Assembly (NCBI GenBank): GCA_964016885.1
Contig: OZ024745.1
Span: 115,506,001 to 115,570,000 of the forward strand
Length of the DNA stretch: 64,000 nucleotides
DNA from: Eledone cirrhosa
Lineage: Eukaryota
Direction of reading: 5' to 3'
Position numbers and translations under genes: made by a program
The notes under the pieces: model-generated
What the model saw: only the letters and a program-made list of their open reading frames with translations
Databases searched by the model: none
Told to the model about the DNA's origin: nothing
Shown: piece by piece, positions 15,481-28,334 of the stretch
Position numbering within the stretch: position 1 is the first letter of the stretch
Layout: the number at the start of each line of letters is the position of its first letter

Positions 15481-16463
15481 TATATTAATGCAATTTCAAC
15501 TTATTATTCTCATGTAATCTATTGGTGGCCTTTATAAAAGAGTTAGTGAAATAGAGGATGACAGCTGTCTAGCATAATTATTCCTGAGACAGATGTATAG
15601 CAGATTTAATGCTTTATAGTATATCTAGTTGTATACTACACTTCTCTGGTTTCAAATACCATTTGGTTCAATTTTAACATTTCATCTCTCTAAGGTTGAC
15701 AAAATAACTACTGGACAAACCAACCTGCTACAAATGGCAACCAGATAAATTTCCATCAAATTACACCCTACTGTCACAAAAAAAAAGACACATTTGATAA
15801 TACAGTTCATGAAAATAAGATGGGAGTCATGGTTGTAGTGTTTTCTACCAAAGATCTACTTGATTGGGGCTCACTTGGGACTAAACAACAACAGCAAATA
15901 ACTATTAGGTTTATTTATCTGATGATATTCTTTATTAGCTTTTTTTTTTTTTTAAATCAATATTTTACCATGTGACTAGTATGTAAGGGGTTTTGAACTG
16001 TGATTTATCTTTTTTAAGACAGAATTTTGGTACAGGCATGACTGTTCAATTTTACATTAACATAGTTCAAATTTAGACATCTTGAGTATGTAACTTCTGT
16101 GACAGACTTGGGTTAACTCAAGCCTTTCGAGTGAAATTAGATAGAAGGAATTTGCATTAAAGGTTTCCAGATCAATTATACTTGTTTTTTAGATAGAGAA
16201 CTTAATCTATTGCCTGGTTTAACACCACCATCTTGCCATTGGATGCCTTGATTGTTGTCTACTGTGTTGCATTCAAACTTAGTCTCTGGTTTGAAGATGG
16301 CTCCATATCTTGATATGCTACTTACTTCTGCAGCGACCTTTGAATTGTGTTTTCTTGCTCCCTAGTCTCAGTGATCCTGTAAAAAGGGCTTGGGAAATGC
16401 CCTAACTCTTCTGACTGAGACATAAATAAATAAAATTCTTACATCAAGCCGACTCTGAATTCT

Positions 16464-16637
16464 ATAATAATTGCTTCTACTTTTGGCACAAGGCCAGCAA
16501 TTATCCCAGTGCATTACTGGTACTTTATTTTATCGACCCCATAAGGATGAAAGGCAAAGTTAACTCAGACCGTAAAAGGCCGGAAACCTATGCTGCAAAG
16601 CATGGGGTCCAACCCTCTACCGATACTGCCAATCCAC
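16464..16637 (-). mobile_element. SINE family A
   Basis: Head, body and tail motifs. Confidence 0.8.
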
Positions 16638-17604
16638 TGCCCTTACTGCCAAAATGGGAGTTCCTATGATTTATTTATAACTGCTAATTTATTTGAATTG
16701 TTGCCAGTTGCAGTGCAATATATACAGTCCTATGAATCAACAAGAAAGCCTCTACACCAGAAGTTCCTAACCTATTATCCACAAAGGTAGCATTGGGGGC
16801 ACATCAGCTTATTAATTAGACAGACTGGAAGCCTCTGAGAAAATTCATATAATAGAATCCAAGGGTTTAAATTAAATATAGCATACTACTTATTTTATCA
16901 ACTACAGAGAGATATATCAAGGAGTTTGTGCGTGTGTGTTGAACCATCATTCTGCCAAGGAGTGTTCCACTAGTTTGAACAAAATGACAGTCTGCTCATG
17001 AAATTAACATGCAAATGGCTGGGCATTCCACAGACACATGCACCCTTAACACAGTTCTTGGGAAGATTCAGCAGAGTGTAACAAAGCTGGTCCCTTGAAT
17101 TACATTTTTGTCAGCTGAGAGAACTGGAGCAACATAAAATAAGAATTCAATATACTACAGGGAATTGAACTCACAGCCTTATGGTAGTAAACTGAACACT
17201 CTAACCTTGCACCTTTCACAGTCCAGAGATTAGATTAAATACTCTGTCACTATCTTTCTTTTTCTATCTAGACCTGTAACTCCAGAGGGAGTCATAGGGG
17301 CGTCATATTGACATACAGCATTTCTAGGGCATTTTAAAACCTGGCAGAGCCCACTCCTCTCCAGGTCTCAATACAGCAGATTTCTTCCAGAGAAGGATAA
17401 AGAGTGTGAGAGAATGGAAGTGAGAAGGAGATATAGAGGAAGAATTGACCCCAGTACTAGACTGGTACTTTTTTTATCGACCTTGAATGGATGTAAGGCT
17501 AAGTTGGCCTTTCACTTATTTCTATCAAATCACTGGTTTTCATCCACACAAATATCAAAGAAATGATTGTATCCATGTTATAGTAAAAGGTGTGACAAAC
17601 CAAC

Positions 17605-17756
17605 CTGTGTATCTGCTGGCAATACATACAAGTGTGTTGGTTCCTTTACCAAGTGTGCTACTTGATATAATAACAGTTTTCACACCCAATTTGTGAATCA
17701 TTTCTATAGCTTTGATGGTATCAGCCAGGTTTTTGATCTTCATTCCTGTAAGACAC
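17605..17756 (-). CDS. PDXK: Pyridoxal kinase exon 7 (CLTGMKIKNLADTIKAIEMIHKLGVKTVIISSSTLGKGTNTLVCIASRYT)
   Basis: 152 nt, AG/GT flanked, H.LG.KTVIISSS motif. Confidence 0.93.
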
Positions 17757-17813
17757 CTAAAAACAAAAGTTAAAGTAAATAATTAATGGAGAAAAATTTC
17801 AAAATACACAATG

Positions 17814-18142
17814 TACTCTCGGGTCCCAAATAATAGAAGAAAAATGGGAGTGGAAAATCGGTAATTTTTGTAGGTTGTCTCCATTGATATTTTTAGAAAC
17901 CAGAATTAGTTGGTTAGTTTACATATTGAGATCCCAACTGATCTTATTTATTTTATAACAGAGGATTTCTATTAATGTTCTTTTTTGTCATGTATAAAGT
18001 TTTTTAATGTCTAAAGAAAATTGTCACAGGAATGCTACCACTTAAAATAAAATTTGCTGGAGATAGATAAGTGAGGGGGGGGGGGGGGGGGGGTCTAAAA
18101 ATTACTAAGTGGGAGGGGTGGATTATTTAAGACCCGAGAGTA
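17814..18142. mobile_element. TA-flanked MITE
   Basis: TIR TACTCTCGGGTC..GACCCGAGAGTA; related copy at ~32295-32611. Confidence 0.7.
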
Positions 18143-18489
18143 TGTTTATATACATAGGCATGCATGAAAATATGTGTCTGTGTCTCGGTGAATAAGTATA
18201 GTTAGGGGATGATATAATGTGTGAATTTAGTTAGAAAGAGGTTGTGACATATATGAGCTTTCAATCTAATTGGAGTTGAGGCCCAGTTTAAGCCTCTGCC
18301 CATAGGCAGTTTGTATTAATTTTTTTTATAAAAAAAGCCTATATTAAGAAAAGCACTTTCAATGTATAAATAATGTAAATTCTTAATGACTATTATATGC
18401 AATAAAAAAACTATGCACGGATCTCAAACGAAATACATGAACATTGAATACCATAAACAAACATTAATAGTATTTGCTATTTAATTAAA

Positions 18490-20570
18490 TGACCATTGTC
18501 TTTTCCAGTCAAAGTGAGGTAAACTTTGTCTTGATTTCTGTACATTTAATATGAATTTGTGCCTATTTTCATAGCCTATTCTGACTTCAGAAGCTTTTTT
18601 CACTAAATTGATAGCATGCCTGACCCCTTGTCTATGACAGGGAAGAGGTATTGCTATAATGGTCCTAAATGAGCTTTAAGAAGATCAACATTTGGAAAGT
18701 TCCGTAAAATTGGAGGGGATGTTATAACTTTATTTTCCCAGTTAATCAAATCAACAAAATCCTGTGTTTCAAAATTAATTTTGCTTGGTAGTTTGAAATT
18801 TCTTAATTCTTTAAGGGGCATTCAGGGAAAAGTTCTTGCTTTAATAATTCACTGAATTGCTACTTCTCTAATTTGTCTTCTTCCATCATTTAGCACAGTC
18901 AGTAAAATATTCTCCGGATGGGCAAAATACGAATTAGTTTTACATGATTTCTCCATAACTTCTTTATGATCTTGGTTCATATCTTGCATTAGATGTGCCA
19001 TATACCAAAAATTACTTGCACCTTCTGTAACTTTGGGTGAGATTTAATCCAGAACCAGCTTGGAGCATAAACTTGCGTTATGATTTTAACAAGATCCATA
19101 ATATTCTTTTGGGGACTTTTTACCAAAACATATAAGCAAAGAATTCTGTTTGCATGTGTTAACCACCTTGCATGATGGATTTTACCAGGTTTACTAACTG
19201 CTCAGAAACAAACCGTCTCAATACTGAGGCACATTTCATATAGATATTTTTTATCTGAGCTTAAAGTATCAACAACTTCTAATGGCAATTCCTTCACTTT
19301 AGTTTTTATTGGAGGAAATTTGATTATCTTTTAGTTTGTTACATCTTTAATTTTATTGCCAATTAAGCCTTTTGATCTTCGTGGTCCTGTTGTTTTTCCA
19401 TCTATGGATTCAAATACGTCTCGAAACGGAAGCTCATTTGTATGTAGCAGGCACATCAGCCAGCCACTGAAGTGATTTATTTAAGTATAATTCAATTATT
19501 TTAATTACCCCTCTAAATGACCAGTGTTTACTGGAGTGCCATCAGATAATACAGCCTTTAAACTTTCTTGACTGTCAGAATCAATTAAAAAAGTAACAAT
19601 TTCTTCTGCAATGCAACGAGCTGTTTCATTATCTGGGGAAACATGATCTAAATACTCATCACCGGGCTCTTTCGCAATAATATAGTGCCATCCCTCTTGC
19701 TGTTTTAGTTTTATCCTTTCTGCCATCAAAACCGATGCAGTTGAGCTTTGTATTTTCTGTTTTCATTTTTATAATATTGTTTTTTCCAACTCTTTTTCTT
19801 TCTCTTTCAACTTTTTTCTTATTTAGCATATTTGTATCATTTAAAATTCCCATATCTCTCAAAACTGCATTAACAATGGCAGCAGCAGCTCTGCAACTTA
19901 CTCGATGTCTGTCTGCTGTGATGGTGAGATTCTCATAAATAAATCCGTTTGGTTGGTTTTCTCTCAGTTCATTGTCAGGAACCATGGTGATGTCATTGTC
20001 ATCATTGTCACACGAGTCACAACTATCTTCATTAATATCACTTGGGCACTGATAACCAGTTGAAGCAATGTCCATGTCTAAGCACATCTTTGCCTTCCTG
20101 ATTTCAAATCTTTGCGCTCTTTCTGCAGTTCTTTTTCTACCTGAAGTTATTTCTCTATCTAGAAGCCCTAACTGATTAAATCTTATTTTCTGTCCAACAA
20201 ATGAATCCCATTCCATTATTGGTATTCTTATGTCACACCTACAGTCAGATCTTTTTATTTGCTTGTCATATGTATAGGTGCATATATAAAACATTTCCTT
20301 GAACTCCTCTAATTTCTTATCAAAACTATCTTCTCTTTACTTGATAGGTATTTTGTTTAATTTATAAACAGATTCAATCAATCTCTCAATTTTTAGAGCA
20401 ATTCCCTCAAACCCAATATAAGGAAAAGAAAATTTGTCCCATATTGTTTGCACATCTGCAGCAACAATCTGGTAGCATTCTTTCGCTGTGGGTGAAGTTT
20501 TTGATATCTGTTCTTCACGTTTTCTTATGTATAAATAATGTCGGAATACATCAGCCTTTGATGGGGTCAT
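18490..20570 (-). mobile_element. Fossil DDE transposase, hAT-related (hATm-like)
   Basis: Frameshifted motifs IGFDGRKDKT, LSDGTPVNTG, CLLHTNELPF, HHARWLT, FAHPENILL and PCH; termini not identified. Confidence 0.7.
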
Positions 20571-20947
20571 TGCTGTAGTGTGCAGAAGAGGAGATTGTGA
20601 TGGTATGGAGATGTGATGTGTATGAAGGATAACAGCTGTATAAAAAGGTGCAGAGTGCTCAAAGTTGATGGAAGCTATGGAGTAGGAAGACCTAGGAAAA
20701 CTTGGGATGAGGTGAGAAAAGATCTGCTTTCTCCCATGCATGGGTTGAAACATACATCTAGTATGCATTTTCACCTCCCACATGCTAACACCCCACCTTC
20801 ACCCACATCCCTAGATCTACTTCCCAATCCCCAGCCCACACTGTAAAGTGGTTGGCTTTAGAAAGGGCAGCCAGCTGTGGAAACCAAGCCAGAACCAGTT
20901 CTGTATGAGCAAGATGTTGTCATCTGATGATATATATATATATATCA

Positions 20948-21090
20948 TAGCACATGGCTTAGTGGTTAGAGCATTGGCCTTGCAATCGAAAGGTTGTGAG
21001 TTCAATTCTCAGACCGGGTGATGTGTTGTTTCCTTGAGCAAGACACTTTATTTCACATTGCTCCAGTTTACTCAGCTGTAGAAATGAGAT
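20948..21090 (+). mobile_element. tRNA-derived SINE of a second family
   Basis: TGGCTTAGTGGTTAG A-box, GTTCAATTC B-box, then a CCTTGAGCAAGACACTT conserved-domain-like body. Confidence 0.7.
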
Positions 21091-21340
21091 GATAGGGACT
21101 GGGGCCTCTATCATTCCACTGCAAAGTGGTCGTGGAGGTGCCACAGCAAAAAAGCACCCAGCACTCACTGTAAATGAGGTTGGTGTTAGGAAGGGCATCC
21201 AGCTGTAGAAATCAAGCCAGAATCAGTTCCCATCCCACCCTTGCAAGCAGGGAAAAGTGGACATAAAATGAAATGATGATGAAATGATATATATATACTA
21301 TATATATATATACTATATATATATATATATATTTATATAT

Positions 21341-21464
21341 ATAGGAACGAGTAGGACCCCAACGGCTGAGCTCAAGCCGTTTTGACGGCTATTTCTGGAC
21401 TCGAATCCAGAAATAGCCGTCGAAACTGTTTGAGCTCTGCCGTCGGGGTCATACTTTTTCTTAT
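21341..21464. repeat. ~124-bp near-perfect inverted repeat (hairpin)
   Basis: GACCCCAACGGCTGAGCTCAA..GACGGCTATTTCTGGA / TCCAGAAATAGCCGTC..TTGAGCTCTGCCGTCGGGGTC. Confidence 0.9.
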
Positions 21465-21650
21465 TTCCCATCTACTACCCTAAGTATTGAGTACTCTGGT
21501 GCATTATGGTCCATCTGGTTCCTTACCACAATTCCTTTGTTATATATATATATATATATATATAGTATATACATATATATATATATATATATATAGTATA
21601 TACATATATATATATATATATAGTATATACATATATATATATATATATAG

Positions 21651-21686
<36 letters not shown>

Positions 21687-21699
21687 GTATAATAAACAA

Positions 21700-23883
21700 T
21701 ACAATATAATTATCTCATTACCAGAGGTTTCCTGAATAAGATGAATACAAAAAACGTCCGCATGCGTTCGTCAGACAAGGCAAATTAAAACATAGTGAAA
21801 TATTTGAAAAATCTCCTCAAGAAAGGCAAAAGTTTAACGAGCAAAAAAAATATATAAATAGAAGTAATGCAAGAGATATATAAAAAAATAAGGAAATATA
21901 GTTAGGGTATGTGTATAAATGTGTGTATATTCACTCACAAATGTACATATGTGTGTATGTACAAATGCATGTGTATAGTGAAAATGTGTGCATAAGTACA
22001 TATATGAGGGCAAGTATATTTGTGTATGTGTGACCACAAATACGTAAATAATATAAGTTGAAAAAGAAATTGTAAGATAATATAGTTAACATACATCCAG
22101 ATTCAGGTATTAAATATATACACATACAAGTATGAAAGCACGCGTATAAACACACGCACGATCAGATATATGCGAATGATATACAGGGAAGGAAGTGTAT
22201 TAGTCAAAGGAGTGTCAGTTTGAGCCTCGATACATGTATAAAAATGAAACAATATATGAGAATGATAAAATTTTTTAAATCAAAGAGAAAGTAATTATAA
22301 ATTAACACTAGAAAAAAAGAAAACAAACATAGGTTCGTATGTACACACATATATATATAAATACGTACAGACAAAAGCACATACATGCGTACATACATAC
22401 AGAGGCGCGTATACATACACACGATACACATATACATATATCGGCACATGGATATCTAATCACACGTACGTACGCGACTATATATATATACATATACACA
22501 CATACACATATATATATACATACATATACACATACATTCACCCATACACACACACACGTATATATAAGTATGTAAAAAACATAGATATAAAAACACACAT
22601 ACACACACATATATACACACACACGTACGGAGGCGTTCGTATACATATACAGAACGCATACACACACATAGATACAAATTATAAACCAGCCGTATGAATA
22701 AATGAGTACAATATAAAAGCGGCTGCGAAACAACAGAATATATCTGGAGTTGAAAATGCAAGTGACATGCGATATCAGGTAGTGAAAGAAAATGGGGAAG
22801 TAAAATGTGGAATTGTGAAGATATTAGGTAAGTGAATCAAAAAGTAGGGGAGGGGGGTCACTGGTGGATGTGAAGTAAAAATAAAAATAAAAATAAAGTT
22901 AAAAATAAAAGTAAATCAGAAAGAGAAGTGTGTAAAGAGGATAATTTAAGGAAAGTGAAGAACAAGAGTTTATGGAGGATAAGTATCTGAAAGTGAGTTA
23001 AGTTTATATGAGCTGGAAAGCATGTGTGGGCAACTGGTGAAAATTTCTGTTTTTGCATTTAGGCAGGTTTTTGGTGATTTAAGGTTCTGTAAAATCCAAT
23101 ATTTTTCACTTATGCAGAGTGTGCATCTTCTTGTTCCTCCTGCATATTCTTTAGATTGGTTCAAAATTGACCAATCCAATTTATATTGGATACCTTGGTC
23201 TTTCAAATCCCATATTCTGTAAATCTTTTTTCAGGATGTCGGAAAGATGTGACATGTGAGTAACAACGCATTTTGAATTTGTCGCTGGTGGCTGGTAGGT
23301 TGTTGCTGATGGTTGTCACTTTAGCCGCATATACAATGGCTTTGGTGTTGCATTTACCTTGTAATGGGCATTCACTTTTGACTCTACAGGAGCAATTTTG
23401 ATGTTGTCTGGGTATTTTCTTATTGGGGATATAAGATTTAATAGGGGGACCTCAGGAGTAGCTAATTTTGACACAGTTTCTATTGAAGATCTTATGGTAT
23501 CTGTGTTCTAGGGAAATGTTTATCTAAGAACTCTAGGAATGTTTTGCCTACATTAGTTTTAACTGCTAAAGAGTAGGGGGGTGTGAACCAGGTTATTTTT
23601 CTTTTCCTATTTTTATGTTTAAAGGAGTTAGTATTGTTAGGTATGTACTTAATCGGTTCGCTAAATCCGCTATTTTGAAGGGTTTTATTATAGTAGGGGG
23701 ATGCTTTATTGAAAATAGCTTCTGAGGAAGAGAGGGTGGAGATCCTATGGCTAATATTAGGGATAAGGTTTTTAAAAACTATAGGAGGATGGCAAGAGCC
23801 TTTATTTATATATTTTAAATTTTCATTAGGTTTATGGTACGGTTTATAAGAAGCAGTAGGCAGATCTAGGTTTATATCTAGAA
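21700..23883 (-). mobile_element. 5'-truncated Penelope-like retroelement, Naiad-type (RT thumb plus GIY-YIG region, microsatellite-rich 3' region)
   Basis: FLDINLDL..YKPYHKPN..HPP..WFTPPYS..KHFP..KIFNRN.VKISYS, CSCRVKSECPLQGKC, CTLCISEK..LNAKTEIFTSCPH motifs; frameshifts present. Confidence 0.85.
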
Positions 23884-24468
23884 AATGTTCGGTGAATCCA
23901 TACATACATATATATGTGTGCATGTATGTATATATATATACATACTACTGTACGTCTGTATACATATATGTATGTACATGTACATACTTATATTTAAGTA
24001 ACAGCCGTACTAAGAGTGGGAAATGAAATTTCGTTTCATTTTTTCCGTTTATCGTTTTCGGTGCACCCGGCCGATTAACCCACTCAATATGCAAATTGGG
24101 CTACTCACCCATTAATATGCATAAGGTAAGTATATATGTTCGACAATCTGGCAGGAAGGTATACGTTGCTGATGATAGCTAATAAGCTTGAAACTAGTAC
24201 AGCGTTCTTTTATCAGTGTTGAACAAACGAGCAATGATTGTTGCTAGACACTACGGCTTAATACGGGATGTTTGTTTACAAACACACCGAGCATTATAAT
24301 AAATGTTCGGTGAATCCATACGTACATATATATATGTGTGCATGTATGTATATATATATACATATTACTGTATGTCTGCATACATATATGTATGTACGTG
24401 TACATACTTATATTTAAGTAACAGCCGTACTAAGAGTGGGAAATGAAATTTTGTTTCATTTTTTCTGT
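23883..24468 (+). mobile_element. Direct-repeat (418-bp period) hammerhead-bearing element (pLTR/retrozyme-like)
   Basis: 23883-24050 is repeated at 24301-24468, with the ribozyme between the copies. Confidence 0.65.
24163..24205 (+). ncRNA. Minimal type-I hammerhead ribozyme
   Basis: ACGTTG-CTGATGA-T-AGCT-AATA-AGCT-T-GAAA-CTAG-TA-CAGCGT: intact core, stems I and II, palindromic ACTAGT stem III. Confidence 0.85.
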
Positions 24469-24567
24469 ATATATATATATAGTATAGATATATATATATA
24501 TAGTATATATATATATATTTATTTATATAGTATATATATATATAGTATAGATATATATATATATATA

Positions 24568-24607
<40 letters not shown>

Positions 24608-25108
24608 TTATATAGTATATATATATATATATATATATATAGTATAGATATATATATAGATATATAGTATATATATATATATATTTATTTATATAGTATA
24701 TATATATATATATATATATAGTATAGATATATATATAGATATATAGTATATATATATATATATTTATTTATATAGTATATATATATATATATAGTATAGA
24801 TATATATATAGATATATAGTATATATATATAGTATATATATATATATATATATATATAGATATATATATATAGTATATATATATATATATATAGTATAGA
24901 TGTATATATCTATATATATATATATAGATATATAGTATATATATATATATAGATATATAGTATATATATATATAGATATAGATATATAGTATATATATAT
25001 ATATAGATATAGATATATAGTATATATATATATATAGATATATAGATATATAGTATATATATATATATATATATAGATATAGATATATAGTATATATATA
25101 TATATATA

Positions 25109-25177
<69 letters not shown>
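24467..25177. repeat. Interrupted (TA)n satellite
   Basis: Directly visible. Confidence 0.97.
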
Positions 25178-25182
<5 letters not shown>

Positions 25183-25659
25183 CCAAAAATATTTTATTAA
25201 ATAACAGAATAAGTATATGTTATGTTTATACCATTACTTATTTGTATAGGTAAGTATATATTACCTGTATATTTTATGAAGGTACATATACTTCTGAAGG
25301 TACATATACTTCCTCGTACGTATATTTGATTGTATGTGTTATGCCGTATATATTATATATACTGGTACACATCCTTTTGGTTATGTGTATACGTAAGTTT
25401 TGCATCTGTGTGAGTATGCGGGTTCGTACGTATGTAGGGTGTGTGTATATGTGTACTTAGTGTTTTGGTTGACATACGTCTCTGTACATGTTTATTTACA
25501 TGTAGGTACGTGTGTGCGCTTGTTATATACGTATTTATTTATATACGTTTATTTAATTATATGTATACACGCACACACACACATATATATATTAATATAT
25601 ATATTTTTATATTAGTGAAAAAGAACAAAGGAACTATTATGACATTATAACAAGTTTAT

Positions 25660-25706
25660 TGCCGACAGCCGTTTCGTCCGACCCCATGGTGGGACTTTTC
25701 AAGGCA
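25660..25706 (-). ncRNA. Type-I hammerhead ribozyme, U3-A8 core variant
   Basis: Minus strand TGCC-TTGAAAA-GTCC..GGAC-GAAA-CGGCTG-TC-GGCA followed by AATAAA. Confidence 0.7.
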
Positions 25707-28334
25707 TATAACATGTGATTGTAAGATCATTATTTACATCAACGTATCACTCAAGGCTAGCGGTTTGAAATTGTGGTATACATCAGCAGCTCCGCTTGTA
25801 TAGTTGGGGTCTATATTCTAAGGGGGCTCTTTTATATTAGTTGTCGGGGTCAGGGATTGCAGGTTAAAAATTAGATAATATATAATTTACGCATTAAAAG
25901 TAAAGATTAAACTAAAAGACTTGGGATCCCGTAGAAGCACCTTAAAAAATCCCTCAATAAGTGCATAAAGCTTACAGGCTCCAATAAACCTAATAAACTA
26001 GAAGAAATTAAGAGGCTAATAAAATAAAAAAATAAAAATATAAGGTTTCCCTAAAAAATATAAAGTTTCCTATGAAATTCCTTTGAGAGAAAAAAATTTT
26101 TTTCCGAAAGAAAAAAAACTTTCTTCCCCCGAGATCACGTTTACAAATTTCTGAAAACTTACGAAGTTTTGATATTCCCTACTAAGTTGAAAGAAACTAA
26201 TCAATTGAAGGTTAATTCAAAGAGCCTTCAATAAATCTCTCAGAAAAGGCCCCTTTAATATTTTTAATAGGAACTTCCTCCGAGAGACCCTTCGAAGAAT
26301 TAAAATTTTAGAGAGCCTTTAAGGATATATATAAACGAATTGAGGAAAATTATAAATTAAAAGTTAAAAATTACGGTATTTGGGATATCCGAGGAATTTT
26401 CAAAGGGCTGCTTCAACAGATACAACTTAGGCATAATAGATACAATAATTTAAGTAATTTAAGTAATTTAATTAGGGAGCAATTCAAAGAGTTTATCAAG
26501 TTGGGCAAGATTAAAGAAAGTGGTAAATAAGAAAATACATAAGCAAAAAGACAATAATTATAAAATGTATTTTTAAGAAGGTATAAGGTAGCTTCAGTAA
26601 TCTAACAATGTATTATCACAAAAAATTATTATAAAATTATTGATACAGGATTAACAAAGACATAATAATATATTCCTGCCTAATTAAGAAGTAATCAATA
26701 CACTATTAACAGTCAGGCAAAATTAGCTCAGGGATATCCCGCGCTCGGATACTTTACACACACACAGTAACACATAGGATTAGCACAGACATAATGGTAT
26801 ATTCCTGCCTAATTAACAAACAATCAATTAACAATTGATGGTCAAGAAAATGTACTCAGGGATATCCCGCGCACGGATATTTACATACATACAGCAGGAT
26901 GAACAGTACTGGTGACCTTGTGGGCGCGATATCCATTATGCGTATGTAGTCATCTGCATAGCTCCAGGCACAGTTGGTCTTGTTTAAAAGTTCATAGTTC
27001 ACGGATCAACTGGGATTCACTATCAGCTGCGTGGACTCTCTGGGAAATGTACCTGTGGATCAAATAGCTAGTGGTTGCTGGGTGTGGTCCGTTCGATCTT
27101 TTAGTTTCAGGGGTTGCACGCGTTTGCGATAGACCAGCCTGCCAGTTCTAAGTCCAAGGTCTCGCTACATAGGATGTATTGGTCTACATGCTATATTGGT
27201 AAAAAAACCAGTGTGGATTTGACTGGGGTGGTATATTACGAACTCCAAGCCCACACGCGACTGGTCAAATGCGAAGGGCTGTCCCCTCTTTGTTTGCTGT
27301 ATGGGTCGGTTCCAGCTTAGATGGTGGTCGTGTTATCCCTATTCCGTCAGCCCTGTATATTCAAGACAGATCAGGGTATATATTTGCGGGTATGGTCCGG
27401 CGTCTACGCTATCCAAAGGGTCTCTCTTGTGGTATTTCTGCTCTGCTTATACGCATAGAGCTTAACTAGCTAGCGTCACATATTTGGTAGGTCAGACATG
27501 ATCATCACGATTCACATACGACCTACCATACATCTTGCTTATATTTTTATATATATTTTTATGGGTGTTTGGTGTATACATTCGTATGCATGCGGGTACA
27601 GGCGTTGCGTGAGTCCTGTGTGTACGTGTGGGTTTTTTTAAATTTTTTATTTTTGTACGTGCGTGGTTTTGTATACCTATGCCGAGTGTTTTCGCGTATG
27701 CTTCTGTATGTACGTATATGGATGCGTGTATGTATTTATTTCTATTACCCCTGTATTTTATTTACTTTATTCTTAACTCTGAAGCCGAGATTCATTCGGT
27801 TTCCTAGTTAGAATTTTAGTCTACAACTTCAGTTAAACCATTTACGTGGTTTTGTCTTTGCATGCAATTGTTCTCCCCGTTTCACATATGATGTATTATC
27901 TTCGTTTTTTCCGTTCATTGCCTGAGAACGTCTCTATGAACCACCTAATAGAATATTAGTCTACGACTTCTTTTATACCATAAACGTGGTTCTGTCTTTG
28001 CGTGCAATTGTTTTTCACCGTTCCGAATAATGACGTATTATATTTGTTTTTTCCCGTTCTTTGCCAGGGAACGTTTCCATGAACCAAAGTATCGTCTTCC
28101 TCCGGTTGCAACGTTTTTTGAAATATTCACTTCTGCGTTCACAGATTGACTTTGTTAGTTTCAGAAGATCCCGTTAAGGGTGAAAGCAGCGATTCTTTGC
28201 TTAAACTTTAATCTGTTATTTTAATAAATATATGCTCTACGGTTCATATATATTTGATATATATTTATCCTTATCGAGCCCTCTTTGGATTTTAGTCTTC
28301 AAATTTATTATTATTACTATATATATATATATTG

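Noticed and set aside
20948-21020. Possible tRNA gene
   Set aside because: A/B boxes run into a SINE body; no proper acceptor stem or terminator
21708-21786. Hammerhead at the 3' end of the Naiad-like element (minus)
   Set aside because: CTGACGA and GAAACC-TCT-GGTA are present but stem II does not close and stem I is weak; treated as a degenerate remnant
27485-27528. C/D box snoRNA-like motif (GTGATGA..CTGA on minus inside a stem)
   Set aside because: Only ~6 nt between the boxes, too short for a guide snoRNA
28155-28195. Hammerhead-like remnant on plus
   Set aside because: Core is CAGAAGA, with no UH site and no stem I
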